32,000 nt of DNA from Desulfocapsa sulfexigens DSM 10523 (GTDB taxonomy: Bacteria; Desulfobacterota; Desulfobulbia; Desulfobulbales; Desulfocapsaceae). The stretch is taken from contig NC_020304.1 of NCBI RefSeq assembly GCF_000341395.1, positions 60,001 through 92,000 on the forward strand. Reading direction: 5' to 3'. The notes beneath the pieces were generated by a model. It was given only the letters and a program-made list of their open reading frames with translations. It had not been told where the DNA came from and did no database searches. The stretch's first letter is position 1, and each line of letters begins with the position of its first letter. The position numbers and the translations under genes were made by a program. Shown here piece after piece: positions 8,908 to 20,000 of this stretch.

Positions 8908-10938
8908 ATGACATCTATCTACGTATTCCTCACTATTATTTTCCTTGGAGTGTTTGTTATCGGATTCCTGTCCTTTCGCCTCCGAAAAGAAATCAAAAAG
9001 AACACCTCCCCCTCTCCCACCAGCAGTAACACCAACGAAATTTTTCTTATCCAGGACACCTGTTTTCAATCACCTCACGAGGCAATAGCACTCTTTGACG
9101 GCAATGGTTTGCTCGTTCTTTCAAACAGCACCTTCCAAAAAACCTTCCCCAGGCCTGAAAAAACCGATCATAAAATTGAAATATATGACTATTTCCCAGA
9201 ACACATGCGCTCCATGCTGCAGAAAGGGCTAACCGAATGTCAATTAAACAAAAAGGACGTTGAGCAGGAGTTTTTCCTGGAAGACAGGCGGTACACATTC
9301 ACCTTTTGCCCTGCGAACCAGAAAAATGAGACACATGCGAAAATTTTTCTTTTCTGCAAAGAACTCCCTTCCCAGCGACTCATGCCTCGCTACACATCAC
9401 CAGATGATATGATTTGGAGGACAATCCTCAAACTCACCAATCCAAGTGCACTGCATTCAGACTGGCATACCTGTTTCAATAGGGTTCTCCCCGATATGTG
9501 CAAAGCGCTGGAGGCAGACGAGCTTTTTCTCCTCGACAACAGTCTGACAGCGGGAACACCATTATCACGACATGGCAGAAACCAGACCAATGCCTCTAAA
9601 CATGACTGGATCCTCTCCGTTCCTGTTTGGATGAACATGCTCAAAAAAGGGCAAACCATCCAGAACTTCGCTGAACATTTTGACCCCGAGGAACAGACAA
9701 TCCTGCAACAGGAGGGAATAAAGACCCTTCTGCTCATTCCTCTCATTGTAGAAAACGAACTGCTGGGCCTCATCGGACTTACCAGAACACAAAAGGCCAG
9801 CCTGTTCCACCAGCAGCAGATAAACAGCCTGTTATTCATCTCCGATATCCTGACCATGGCCATCAGCAATCAGCAGGACCGCCTGGAGCGGGATCGCCTG
9901 GTTACTGTGGTGGAACAGTCCTCGGACTGTATAATTATTATCAACAAAAGTGGTTCAGTTCTTTACGCGAATCCAGCATGTAAGACGGTTACTGGGTTTT
10001 CTCCACAAGATATAACAGGTCACTCCATTAAACGTCTCCATACTCCTGCCATCCGCAGGAAATTGTGGGGTGAAATCAAAAATGCGCTTGCAACGGGAAA
10101 ATCATGGAGCGGACAGTTTGACAACTACCGAAAAGACAAGACCCTCTACCAGGAAGAAATGCTTCTTTCACCTGTTCTTGATCATGAGGGCAGGGTTGCA
10201 AATCAGGTGATAGTCAAACGTGACATAACCGAAGACAAACGCCTGGAATCCATCGCAGAAGCAGCAAACCTGATGGACAATATCGGCTTTATTTTTTCCA
10301 GTATCCGCCACGAACTGGGTAACCCGATCAACGCAATAAAGGTTTCTCTTTCTGTCCTGGAATCTAATCTGGAAATGTACGACACAGAAGCCATCAGCCG
10401 TTTTATCCACCGTGGTCTGTCCGATATCGGCAGAGTCGAATATTTACTCAAAACCCTTCGGAACTTTTCGATTTTTGAACGACCTGACCTTAAAGAGACT
10501 GACATGCGGGCTCTGCTTGACAAGCTCATTCATCTTACAGAAAAAGACCTCGCAAAACAGTATGTTATGCTGGCAATACGACATCCCGAGAAGCCACTGA
10601 CAGGGATGGTAGACCCACGAGCATTTCTCCAGGTCCTGCTCAATCTGACCACCAACGCCGTTGCCGCACTCGCTGAATGTGACAACAAAACAATCACCAT
10701 ATCCCTGATACAAAAGCACAAAAATCAGATTACTTTCATATTTGAAGATAATGGCTGCGGCATGGATGAAGAGACAGTAAGAAATTTATTCCGTCCATTT
10801 TTCACAACGAAAGCGGAGGGGACCGGTCTGGGACTGGTTATCGTCAAAAAAATGCTCTCAAAAATGAACTGTTCAATTACCGCAAGTTCTCAAAAGGGTA
10901 AAGGAACCAGAATGGAAATTATCATTCCAACGGCATGA
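8908..10938 (+). CDS. Membrane-anchored sensor histidine kinase with PAS-like, GAF-like and PAS domains
   Basis: N-terminal TM helix; PAS VVEQSSDCIIIINKSGSVLYANPACKTVTGFSPQDITGHS; H-box SSIRHELGNPINAIKVSLSVLE; ATPase motifs LLNLTTNAVAAL, FEDNGCGMDEETVRNLFRPFFTTKAEGTGLGLVIVKKM. Confidence 0.93.
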   Translation: MTSIYVFLTIIFLGVFVIGFLSFRLRKEIKKNTSPSPTSSNTNEIFLIQDTCFQSPHEAIALFDGNGLLVLSNSTFQKTFPRPEKTDHKIEIYDYFPEHMRSMLQKGLTECQLNKKDVEQEFFLEDRRYTFTFCPANQKNETHAKIFLFCKELPSQRLMPRYTSPDDMIWRTILKLTNPSALHSDWHTCFNRVLPDMCKALEADELFLLDNSLTAGTPLSRHGRNQTNASKHDWILSVPVWMNMLKKGQTIQNFAEHFDPEEQTILQQEGIKTLLLIPLIVENELLGLIGLTRTQKASLFHQQQINSLLFISDILTMAISNQQDRLERDRLVTVVEQSSDCIIIINKSGSVLYANPACKTVTGFSPQDITGHSIKRLHTPAIRRKLWGEIKNALATGKSWSGQFDNYRKDKTLYQEEMLLSPVLDHEGRVANQVIVKRDITEDKRLESIAEAANLMDNIGFIFSSIRHELGNPINAIKVSLSVLESNLEMYDTEAISRFIHRGLSDIGRVEYLLKTLRNFSIFERPDLKETDMRALLDKLIHLTEKDLAKQYVMLAIRHPEKPLTGMVDPRAFLQVLLNLTTNAVAALAECDNKTITISLIQKHKNQITFIFEDNGCGMDEETVRNLFRPFFTTKAEGTGLGLVIVKKMLSKMNCSITASSQKGKGTRMEIIIPTA

Positions 10939-11089
10939 TTGTGTGCTTTTGCTGGACTTAGCACATGTTTTTATGGTAGTTCTGAGTGATACAGGATCAA
11001 AGTCAATCAAAACTTCAAGTAAATACAATTACGCTGTGCACCTGAATAACAACCATTTTTAAATCAGCTGACATATGTTGGAGAACCAT

Positions 11090-12250
11090 ATGAAAAAAGT
11101 TTTAATTGTTGATGACGACGAAAGTTTTCTTCACGGTCTCATTGACGGATTTAAGGCCTATGAGGACAAGTTTTCCATCACCACTGCCGGCGATGGTATC
11201 GAAGCATTAACAGCCCTTCGGGAACAGGAGATCAGTCTGGTACTGACCGACCTCAAAATGCCCCGGATGGATGGTTTTGAGCTGGTTGCTCACCTGAGCA
11301 GTAATTACTCTGACATTCCAGTTATTGTTATGACCGCATTTGGCACCCCGGACATGGAAGATAATCTTCGTGATATGGGAACATTTCAATATATTGAAAA
11401 GCCCATAGACTTCGGAATGCTGGTTGAAAAGATTCTTAAAGGTCTTGCCGGTCCCTCAAAGGGATACATCACCGGCGTATCTCTCTCTTCCTTTCTCCAG
11501 CTTCTTGAACTCGACAAAAAATCATGTACCCTCACCATCCATGCAGGAAGCAAAAAAGGGGTCATGTATTTCAGAGACGGAGATCTTCTCGATGCCACTG
11601 CCATGAACCTCAATGGCAGCGAAGCTGCCTACGCCATAGTCAGCTGGAAAAATGTAGAAATTGAGATTGATAATAACTGTCCGGTTACAGACAATAAAAT
11701 CACAGAATCACTAGGTTTTATCCTCCTTGAGGGGTGCAGGCGAAAAGACGAGAGTAACGCGGCAAAAACACAACGCCCTGGTCGGGGTGCTGACTTAGGC
11801 AACCTCGACTCTCTCAACATGGAAGATCTTGACCTGAATCTCTCCGTAGCTCCTTCTTCTCAATCACCAAAAACCAGCCCACCGTCGCAGCCATCAGCAC
11901 CAGCAAATCCAGTTCTGGCGCAATTTATCAGCATGTTGAGTTCATTTCCGGAAATCATCAGCTGCACAATCAGCTCCAAAGACGGGAACGTTCTCCATCA
12001 GGCAGGAAAACAGGGAAACAACACGGCCAACTTTACTACCTACGTTGCCGTCGCAGCTGAACAGATAGAAATAGCCATCGGTGCATCCGGCAGACAGTAT
12101 GCTATATTCACTCTACAGGACGACTCAAAACTGCTGGTACTCTGCGGTCAGGACGTCATTGTTGGTCTCAAGGTTGGCAGTTCTGCCTTCCCGGAAACCA
12201 TCGCAACGGGATTACGTCCCGTACTGAGCAGAATCAGACTTTCAGCATAG
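11090..12250 (+). CDS. Response regulator receiver + DUF4388 + C-terminal Roadblock/LC7-like region
   Basis: KKVLIVDDDESFLHGL...LVLTDLKMPRMDGFELVAHL...VIVMTAFG (REC); KGYITGVSLSSFLQLLELDKKSCTLTIHAGSKKGVMYFRDGDLLDA (DUF4388); Pro/Ser linker, then a Roadblock-like segment. ATG 11090 is preceded by ttggagaacc; ORF track start is 11075. Confidence 0.88.
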   Translation: MKKVLIVDDDESFLHGLIDGFKAYEDKFSITTAGDGIEALTALREQEISLVLTDLKMPRMDGFELVAHLSSNYSDIPVIVMTAFGTPDMEDNLRDMGTFQYIEKPIDFGMLVEKILKGLAGPSKGYITGVSLSSFLQLLELDKKSCTLTIHAGSKKGVMYFRDGDLLDATAMNLNGSEAAYAIVSWKNVEIEIDNNCPVTDNKITESLGFILLEGCRRKDESNAAKTQRPGRGADLGNLDSLNMEDLDLNLSVAPSSQSPKTSPPSQPSAPANPVLAQFISMLSSFPEIISCTISSKDGNVLHQAGKQGNNTANFTTYVAVAAEQIEIAIGASGRQYAIFTLQDDSKLLVLCGQDVIVGLKVGSSAFPETIATGLRPVLSRIRLSA

Positions 12251-12320
12251 TAAACGAGAATAAGATTTTTTTAAACATTCCATAAACTTTATGACTCAGA
12301 TCATATCAGGATAGCTCACA

Positions 12321-12974
12321 ATGGATTCATTGCTTCAGGAAATCACTGTACTCCCAGGCGTTCTCGGTTGTTTCGTCCTTAACAGTAAACAGAAAATTGC
12401 CGGCAGCAAAATGCCACCCATTTTCAAAGAAAACAGTATCCAGACCATCGGCAATCTCATTGCCCGAACCATCCAGATCGGTAACATGGCCCAACTCGAG
12501 TTCAAAGGAATTGAGATAAAATATAACGAATCTCTCCTTCTGGTTACCCCTTTAGCCCAAAATGCACTGCTGATTATTATTTGTGAACCGGGCGCAAACA
12601 AATCGCTTATCACCATGACCACGGGAATGTTGGCTCAGGATATTTCCGAGGCCCTGGCAAACCCCATGGCACACCAGGCAGCCATACAGCAACAAAAGTC
12701 AGCCACGACTCCACAACCCCCAAAAGTGGCGGTCGATGAAGCAGAAATTGATGCCGATCTTGCGCCCATACTTGAACAAGTGAAAGATGCTTTAGCCATG
12801 GCTATCGGCCCCATTGCAGCGCCGGTCATGAAAGACACTATTGAAATATGGGCAAAACAAGACGCCCCCTCCATCACAACCCTGCCGGCTCTTGCAGAAC
12901 TCTTATGTAAAGAGATCAATGACGACGACCTGGAACGTGAATTTATGACCGAAATTAAAAATATCACAAAATAA
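12321..12974 (+). CDS. Roadblock/LC7-like protein with C-terminal 'GPIA' helical domain
   Basis: MDSLLQEITVLPGVLGCFVLNSKQKIAGSKMPP...IGNLIARTIQIGN (Roadblock-like); C-terminus ILEQVKDALAMAIGPIAAPVMKDTIEIWAKQ...LAELLCKEINDDDLEREFMTEI. Confidence 0.65.
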   Translation: MDSLLQEITVLPGVLGCFVLNSKQKIAGSKMPPIFKENSIQTIGNLIARTIQIGNMAQLEFKGIEIKYNESLLLVTPLAQNALLIIICEPGANKSLITMTTGMLAQDISEALANPMAHQAAIQQQKSATTPQPPKVAVDEAEIDADLAPILEQVKDALAMAIGPIAAPVMKDTIEIWAKQDAPSITTLPALAELLCKEINDDDLEREFMTEIKNITK

Positions 12975-12995
12975 GAAACGGCGGCACCAGAACAA

Positions 12996-13033
12996 AAAAA
13001 GGGAAAGCAGCAATCCTGCCACTCTCCCTTTTT
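12996..13033. terminator. Bidirectional intrinsic terminator between convergent genes
   Basis: aaaaaggga (12996-13004) / tcccttttt (13025-13033) inverted repeat with A/T runs, between CDS ends 12974(+) and 13095(-). Confidence 0.65.
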
Positions 13034-13094
13034 CTTATCACATCCAGGTACCAAGCAAAGAATCCCTTAAATACCTGGTAATTAGTAACACAAG

Positions 13095-13973
13095 CTATTT
13101 TCCTGCACAGCGCTCCAGAAGTTTAGCGGTGCTTATCCGCAACCTATCAATGGCTTTTGCCAGATCACCAATTTCATCCTTGCTACTCACACCAATATCT
13201 TCATCAAGTTCCTTTCCGAGACTGATCTGAGTCGTCTTGCGCTGAAGTTTAGCAAGAGGTGTAACGACACCACTGCTCAAAAAGTACCAGATCACACCCA
13301 TCAGCACAATGATTCCTGCTGCACCCATGACAAAAAGGCTGGTGGCTGATTTTTTTGCAGCAGTCATAGCCCTTTGCAGAGGAACATAAACGATGCTGGT
13401 GGAGACTATCTCCCCCTTGCGCCAGTCATAACCAGTTTCTGTTCCATAAATTTCGACCTGATCCTTGGGAGCCTCCTCCGGAGTACCGTGGCAACGCAAG
13501 CATCCTTCAGTAACGGCAATTGGCCTGGCAAAATAATAGAAACGCTGACCGTTCTTGGTCATAATTCCCTCACTATTTTTAGTCGCCTTATTCTCACCAA
13601 ACATCTTAATAAGCTTCAACTCATCACCATCGGCTTTATTTGGCAGATACAGAGGATCAATTGTGGCCTGCTTAAATTTGTAACCTGGAAAGCGCTTCTC
13701 AAAAATCTCCCAAACACCTCGGGTCATAACAAAACCCGACATAATCTCAGGATAAAAACGATCCTCCTCAACAAGCTCAGCAACCAGTGGCCGCTGGGAA
13801 TGTTTAAAATAGAGCCTTGAAGAGTCAATCATGTTGAAGACAATAGCGCCCTGCGTTTTAGCATCCTCCATGGCATTCTTAACACTAAATTTATAGCTCG
13901 AATAAGCAAGTGCCAGGCTTGCCACCAGACTGAGAACTCCAATAACTACGATAAAACGGACTCTGATACTCAT
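13095..13973 (-). CDS. Membrane sensor with c-type haem motif (DUF3365-like) and HAMP, no output domain
   Basis: N-terminal TM, RFYYFARPIAVTEGCLRCHGTPEEAP (CXXCH), second TM SLFVMGAAGIIVLMGVIWYFL, HAMP-like VVTPLAKLQRKTTQISLGKELDEDIGVSSKDEIGDLAKAIDRLRIS, then stop. Confidence 0.8.
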   Translation of the reverse strand: MSIRVRFIVVIGVLSLVASLALAYSSYKFSVKNAMEDAKTQGAIVFNMIDSSRLYFKHSQRPLVAELVEEDRFYPEIMSGFVMTRGVWEIFEKRFPGYKFKQATIDPLYLPNKADGDELKLIKMFGENKATKNSEGIMTKNGQRFYYFARPIAVTEGCLRCHGTPEEAPKDQVEIYGTETGYDWRKGEIVSTSIVYVPLQRAMTAAKKSATSLFVMGAAGIIVLMGVIWYFLSSGVVTPLAKLQRKTTQISLGKELDEDIGVSSKDEIGDLAKAIDRLRISTAKLLERCAGK

Positions 13974-13997
13974 GCTCCCTCCTCTTTTTTTCCTGAA

Positions 13998-15179
13998 TCA
14001 GGAAAAGGTAATCTCACGGGTTCTAATCACATCCTTATTGGCGGTGAGTTCAGCAAGAATCTTTGCATCAAGCGCTGATTCAAGATCAATTATATTATAA
14101 CCGACCCTGCCGTTAGACTCATTTTTAAAGCTTACGATATTTACTCCATGATTTCCAAGAGTATTCGTTATAAAACCGATCAGTCCAGGCACATCATTAT
14201 TAATGATAATGAGACGGGTATGAACAGTTGATGACGGAATCGACTCAATATTAGGGAAGTTAACACTATGGGTAATATTCCCATAATGCAGATAAGCCGA
14301 CAGTTCCCTTACAGCCATTCGGGAACAGTTTCCTTCGGACTCTGCTGTTGATGCACCAAGGTGGGGAGTGGTCAACGTTTTGGGGTGCCTGATTACAGCC
14401 GGTGTCGGAAAGTCAGAAATAAAGGCCTCAAGCTGTCCTGAATCCAGAGCGGCAAGAACAGCATCTTCATCAACAATAGGGCCCCTTGCATAATTCACCA
14501 AAATCGCACCAGGTTTCATTTTTGAGATAAAATCTGCATTCACCATACCCTTAGTTTTTTCGTTAACCGGCAAGTGGAGGCTCACAATGTCTGCCTGAGC
14601 AAGAGTATCGCGCATGGCACGGGTAACCGTTACCTCGGGGAGGAGATTGTGAATATTGTCAAGACTTGGAAAAGGGTCAAATCCATATACCTTCATAAAA
14701 CGTTGAATTCCGCCATTGGCCAGTCTTACTCCAATCTGGCCAAGCCCGATAACCCCAAGTGTTTTCCCGGCAATCTCAACACCACGAAAAGCAGCCTTGC
14801 GGCTTTCGACCTCACCGCTAACCTGGTCAGGTGGGATCTCAGCCAGTGACTTGCAAAAGGCAATCCCCTGATAAATATTACGCAGCCAGATTCCGATCAT
14901 GGGAAAAACCAGATCAACAACGGCATTGGCATTCGCACCCGGAGTATTAAAAATACAGATTCCTTTTTCAGTTGCTTTATCCACGGTAATATTATTGACT
15001 CCGGCACCGGCCCTTGCCAGTGCAAGCAGCTCCGGATAATCATCAACATCCACCTGGGAACTTCGTACAACAATTCCATGGGGATTGCTATCATCGGGGT
15101 CAACGGCATATTCATCGCCGAGAAGTTCCAGGCCTTCTGGAGCTATGGCATTAATAGTTTTAATTCGAAACGAGGTCAT
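13998..15179 (-). CDS. serA: D-3-phosphoglycerate dehydrogenase family with C-terminal ACT domain
   Basis: LALARAGAGVNNITVDKATEKGICIFNTPGANANAV, KTLGVIGLGQIGVRLAN, VNYARGPIVDEDAVLAAL, TTPHLGASTAESEGNC; ACT-like IIINNDVPGLIGFITNTLGNHGVNIVSF. Confidence 0.88.
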   Translation of the reverse strand: MTSFRIKTINAIAPEGLELLGDEYAVDPDDSNPHGIVVRSSQVDVDDYPELLALARAGAGVNNITVDKATEKGICIFNTPGANANAVVDLVFPMIGIWLRNIYQGIAFCKSLAEIPPDQVSGEVESRKAAFRGVEIAGKTLGVIGLGQIGVRLANGGIQRFMKVYGFDPFPSLDNIHNLLPEVTVTRAMRDTLAQADIVSLHLPVNEKTKGMVNADFISKMKPGAILVNYARGPIVDEDAVLAALDSGQLEAFISDFPTPAVIRHPKTLTTPHLGASTAESEGNCSRMAVRELSAYLHYGNITHSVNFPNIESIPSSTVHTRLIIINNDVPGLIGFITNTLGNHGVNIVSFKNESNGRVGYNIIDLESALDAKILAELTANKDVIRTREITFS

Positions 15180-15297
15180 ATTCTTCTCCGTATATTTGGC
15201 AAAGGGTCAACTGCAATCTCTGTAATGTGGTTAAATTTATCTCAATTCTTTTACTTCATTCCGCTTTCTAACACAAATCCTTTTTATTTAAGGATGT

Positions 15298-16982
15298 TCA
15301 GTATGCAAAGGGAACAACTTTCTGTAATCGGAAAAGGCTTTCTTCCCGCTCCGCGAGAAAAGCAAAACAGGAGGGCCCAGTGGTAGCCACTCCGAGTTCA
15401 CTGAAAAATTCTGCAGAGAATCTGTAAAAAACTGTCTGTTTGAAAAATCTGTTTCTCTCCTTAGGAAAATACAATCCGGGGACTTCCATTGGCAGCTGCT
15501 GATACAGATGATCCTTCAAAAGACGCTCAGCTCCGGCATCCTTTTCAAGACAGACTGGTAGCTTACGCTGGCCACAGCGCAGCCAGTCATAAATGAGCAA
15601 CTCTCGTGTCAGTTTTCTGTCATTTCTTTGGCTCAAAGCTTTAACCAAGAGAGAACATAAAAGATCCTGGGTTGCAGCAAGCTCAAACAATCTTTCTGCT
15701 TGGGCAATTTCGAGGAGAAGCATAAAAAAGAAGCAACATCCATCTTTTGTTTACGAAAATAGTACCATAAGGACGGGAAGAATCTATTATTACAGAATTT
15801 CTCCACACACTCGGAAAACCAGTAAAGCTCCTGGAGGGTCTCAGCATCCATCCATTGATTCGCCAGGACACTGTAGGGTGGTTTGGCACAGGATCGATAG
15901 AAAAAGTCGGCTGCTTGACCGCTAATGGCAGTATCCGGCAAAAGTTTCAGCAAGCCCATTTGAATATAATGTGGCCCCATCGCAAAGATATCAGCAAATG
16001 ATTTGAGATAGCTGCTCCTGCTCTCATGGGGAAGACCAAGAATCAAATCCGCGTGCAGATGAACAGTACCCATTACAGCAAGGCGTGACACTGTGTCGTG
16101 AGCAACTTTGGGGTCGATCCTGCGATTTATAGCCGCAAGAGTTGGTTCATGGGTGGACTGAATACCGATTTCAAACTGAAAACGCCCTGGTGGAACCGTT
16201 GCCAGATAGGCAAACATCTCTTCACTGATTCGATCCGGGGCGATTTCGAAATGAAAAAGTGTCTCCGAGTCATACTCGAGCACAAGCTTCCATATTGCCA
16301 GTGCCCTGTCTGGCCGATCGTTAAATGTTCTATCCACAAAGCGCAGTACTTTAGTGTCATACGACATGATCTGGTCGAGTTCCCGCCGTATCTGGAGAAG
16401 ATCTTTGTGAACCGTTCCATTTTCAGCAGAGGACAGGCAGTAAGAACAGGAAAAAGGACAGCCACGGGAACTCTCGTAATAAACATTACGATTTTTCAGG
16501 TGAATGGCAAAATCTTCATCCCGGTAGGGCGAAACAAATTTTTCATGCTTCTCTTTAAGGTGGAAGAAAGAACGCCCATACTGCCGCTGCAAAGCTGTTG
16601 CCTGCAAATCACGGTAAAATTCCTCCTGTACTGCCTCAATTGCTCCGCGCACAACGGTGCAACTGCCACTTTTGACATTCGCCCCCACCACAGCTGCCTG
16701 AGGGCCTCCTACAACCAGCTGACACGAAGGCAATAACGCATGTAAATCGGTAATCAGCTCTTCAACACAATCAGAATTCCATACTGCTGCTGAAAAGAAA
16801 ATGGCATCAGGGGTGTCTTTGCTGAGGCGCAGGAGTACTTCATAACGTGGATCGCGAATAGTAAGCTGGAAAATTTCAGTGGAAATATTCGGACAGTGCG
16901 TTTCAAGTTCATTGCGAACATGAAACAGGGCCAGGCTCGAATGGGTAAAGCGACCGTTAATGGCTACAAGTTTTATATACAT
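15298..16982 (-). CDS. B12-binding-like radical SAM protein with DUF4080-like C-terminus, interrupted by a -1 frameshift at 15723-15729
   Basis: Two ORFs in different frames: 15633..16982 (B12-binding-like N-terminus LVVGGPQAAVVG; radical SAM YYESSRGCPFSCSYCLSS) and 15298..15723 (LLEIAQAERLFELAATQDLLCSLLVKALSQRND...ELLIYDWLRCGQRKLP). The second continues the family C-terminus. Joint is T_TTT_TTA in the zero frame. Confidence 0.82.
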
Positions 16983-17077
16983 TATTCAGAGAAAGATTCT
17001 TCTTTGGAAAAGAAAAGAATGATATGGTACATATGACTTCATTGCGTATGACTTGAAAAAACGATCTTACCATATCA

Positions 17078-20000
17078 ATGTCCATGGAGAAAGATGTGAT
17101 CAGAGTTTTACAAATAAGACACCCGTTCCTTATCATTTTAGAAATTATTTTTCTGTCCCTTCTTTATACCAGCAGCTGTTTCGCAAAAGCATCCAGTTAC
17201 CATCTGGAAGTCAGTTTTATCCCTGAACAGCGCCTTTTACATGGCAAAGCCACGATAAGTATTTCCAGCGGGAAAGAATGGCAGCTCTATACGGGGGGGC
17301 TCAGCATCGAGAAAATTATCCTCGAAGAAGACGGAAAGAAATCCTTTCCCCTTCCCCTACCCAAGAAAGACCATATAACCATGTATGCTAGCGAGAGCGA
17401 CCTGAAAATCACGGTAATATACTCAATGCAGGTCTCTGAAGATGCGCAATTAAACCTTATCAGTCCGCATGGCATCGTACTCACCTCCAACTGGCATCCG
17501 CTCCCGCAGGAAGACATGCTTTTTTCCCTCCAGGCGACCCTACCCCTGGGATTTCAAGGAATATCGGAATCGGACATCCTCCCTGAACAGACAACAGATG
17601 GAATCATGAGGAGTTCATTTTCCCAGCCGGTACGGGCAATCCATCTCGCGGCAGGCCCATATCTGATAGAAAAAGAAACCATCCGGGAAGGCCTCTCTCT
17701 CTCCACCTGGTTCTTTCAGGAAGACCAGGAATTAAGCCGGGAATATCTGGATGCTGCCAAAAAATATATTCTCCGCTATGAACAGGAACTCGGCCCTTTT
17801 CCCTATAATCATTATGCAGTGGTTTCCAATCGCCTGCCAAGTGGTTTTGGCATGCCCACTTTTACCCTGCTGGGCCAGATGGTGCTGAGACTGCCTTTTA
17901 TCAAAGCAACCTCACTGGGCCATGAAATTCTCCACTCATGGTTTGGCAACTCCATTGAGGTGGCAGAGGGCTCCGGCAACTGGTGTGAAGGTCTGACAAC
18001 TTATCTTGCCGACTTCAGCTATGCCATCGACAGGGGAGAAGGTATTTCCCATCGCAAGGCCTCCATTGTCAACTATCAGAGTTACGTCCATCAGGAGACA
18101 GCGACACCTCTTATGGATTTTGGTTCCGCCAGTCATAATCAGCCAATGGCAAAAGCGAAGCGCGCTGTGGGCTATAACCGTTCTGCCATGCTCTTCCATC
18201 AACTTCGCGAAATCCTGGGAGCAGAGCACTTTATTCAGGGCCTGCGATTATTTGCCGAGTCCTTCAAGGGCCGTTCCGCATCTTGGCAGGACATTCAAAA
18301 ACTCTTTGAACAAGAGGCAGGAAAAGACCTTACGGACTTTTTCAATCAACAACTCACGAGAAAGGATGCCCCGTCATTGGAAATTACGGATATCCACAGT
18401 AGCAGCAGGCAGGACACCTTCACCCTTCACTTTAGCATCAGCCAAAACAGTGAACAGCCTTACACTCTCAGGGTTCCCATTCAGGTTACAACGCCTGGTG
18501 GTACACAGCGTTTTATACAAGAGATCACTGAAAAGAAAACGGCTGTCAGCATTGACCTTGAAGAAGCACCTCTTTCATTCGTCATCGATCCTGAGTATGA
18601 CCTGTTCAGAACACTTGAGCCCTCTGAGTTTCCTCCCGTCTGGTCCCGTTTTATGGGATCAGGCAACAGGCTGATAATCACAGGAGACGACTCAAGTCTG
18701 GCAGCATATGCTCCCTTCATACAATGGGCTGAGCAACAGGGCTGGAAAATTGTAGACCATAAATCGGTCACTAACCAACAGCTCTCAGAAAATTCTATCC
18801 TGTTTCTCGGTACAGAAAATACTGCCCATGATTCCCTCTTTGGGAAAGCACCGGTTATGGCTGCTGGTTTTCATCTGAGCGTACACAACAACCCTCTCAA
18901 TGAAAAAGAAGTTTCAGTCCTTGTTCAAAGCAGCAACGGTGAAGAAACAGCTGCAGCCCTTCACAGGCTGCGCCATTATGGTAAATACTCTTCACTGGCT
19001 TTCCATAATGGGAGGATTCAGGACAAAAAAATCACAGCAAGTGATGACGGTATTAAGCACCTCCTGGAGACACTTCCAGAAGGTGGCTCTACAGGTGCTA
19101 TCAAAAGCTTTGACCAGATTATCACAGAGCTTGCCGAAAAACGCGTCATTTACATTGGCGAAACCCATGATTCCATGGCCGACCACCTGCTTCAGTTGCG
19201 AGTCATTCAGGGATTACACACAAAGGGACTCGATCTGGCCATCGCCATGGAGATGTTTCCAACAAGCAGCCAACCGGCACTCGATAAGTATCTGCTGAAA
19301 CAATCAGACGCAATGGGTGAGGCTGAGTTTCTTCGCCAGTCCAAATGGTTTGATGTGTGGCGCTACGACTGGCGACTTTTCAGACCGATATTTAACTTCT
19401 GCCGTAAACAGTCAATCCCGGTGTACGGGATCAATATTGACCGGAAAATTGTAAGCACCGTCTTCTCCGACGGAAACACGGATGCACTCAGCCCTGAACA
19501 GCTAAAAACCATCGCCGCAAAGAGAGATCTCGCCATTGAAGGCTATGTGGAACGTCTGCGTCTGGTGCACGGATTTCACGCAGAATCACCACATGGAAAA
19601 GAGAAAGGAATTTCAGGTTTTGTCCAATCCCAGGCCATCTGGGATGAATCCATGGCTGCAAACATTGCCGAAATCCTCCACAGCAATCCCAAGAAAACCG
19701 TTGTGGTTATTGCCGGATCTCAACATACCCGCAAAGACTCTGGTATACCTCCGAGAGTAGCACGCCGCATGGATGTTACTCAAAGCTCGGTCCTGAGTCT
19801 CAATGCGGATCGTTCAGCCACAGATCCAGCTATCCAGGCAGATTATTTTTTTCTGACCGATCCCCTCTTTCTCGAACCGAAGGGGAAAATCGGTGTCATC
19901 CTTGATCCCAAAAAAGACGAAAAAGGTACAGAGTATTTGCGAATCAGTGGCCTCAGTCATGCTGGAAAAGCAAAGGAAGCAGGACTCAGGGAGAATGACA

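Noticed and set aside
16098-16736. 212-aa plus-strand ORF opposite the radical SAM gene
   Set aside because: Fully antisense to a gene with clear radical SAM motifs; no recognisable domain.
18006-18674. 222-aa plus-strand alternate-frame ORF inside the M1-ChaN-PDZ gene
   Set aside because: Out-of-frame overlap with a strongly supported gene; composition is typical of a shadow frame.
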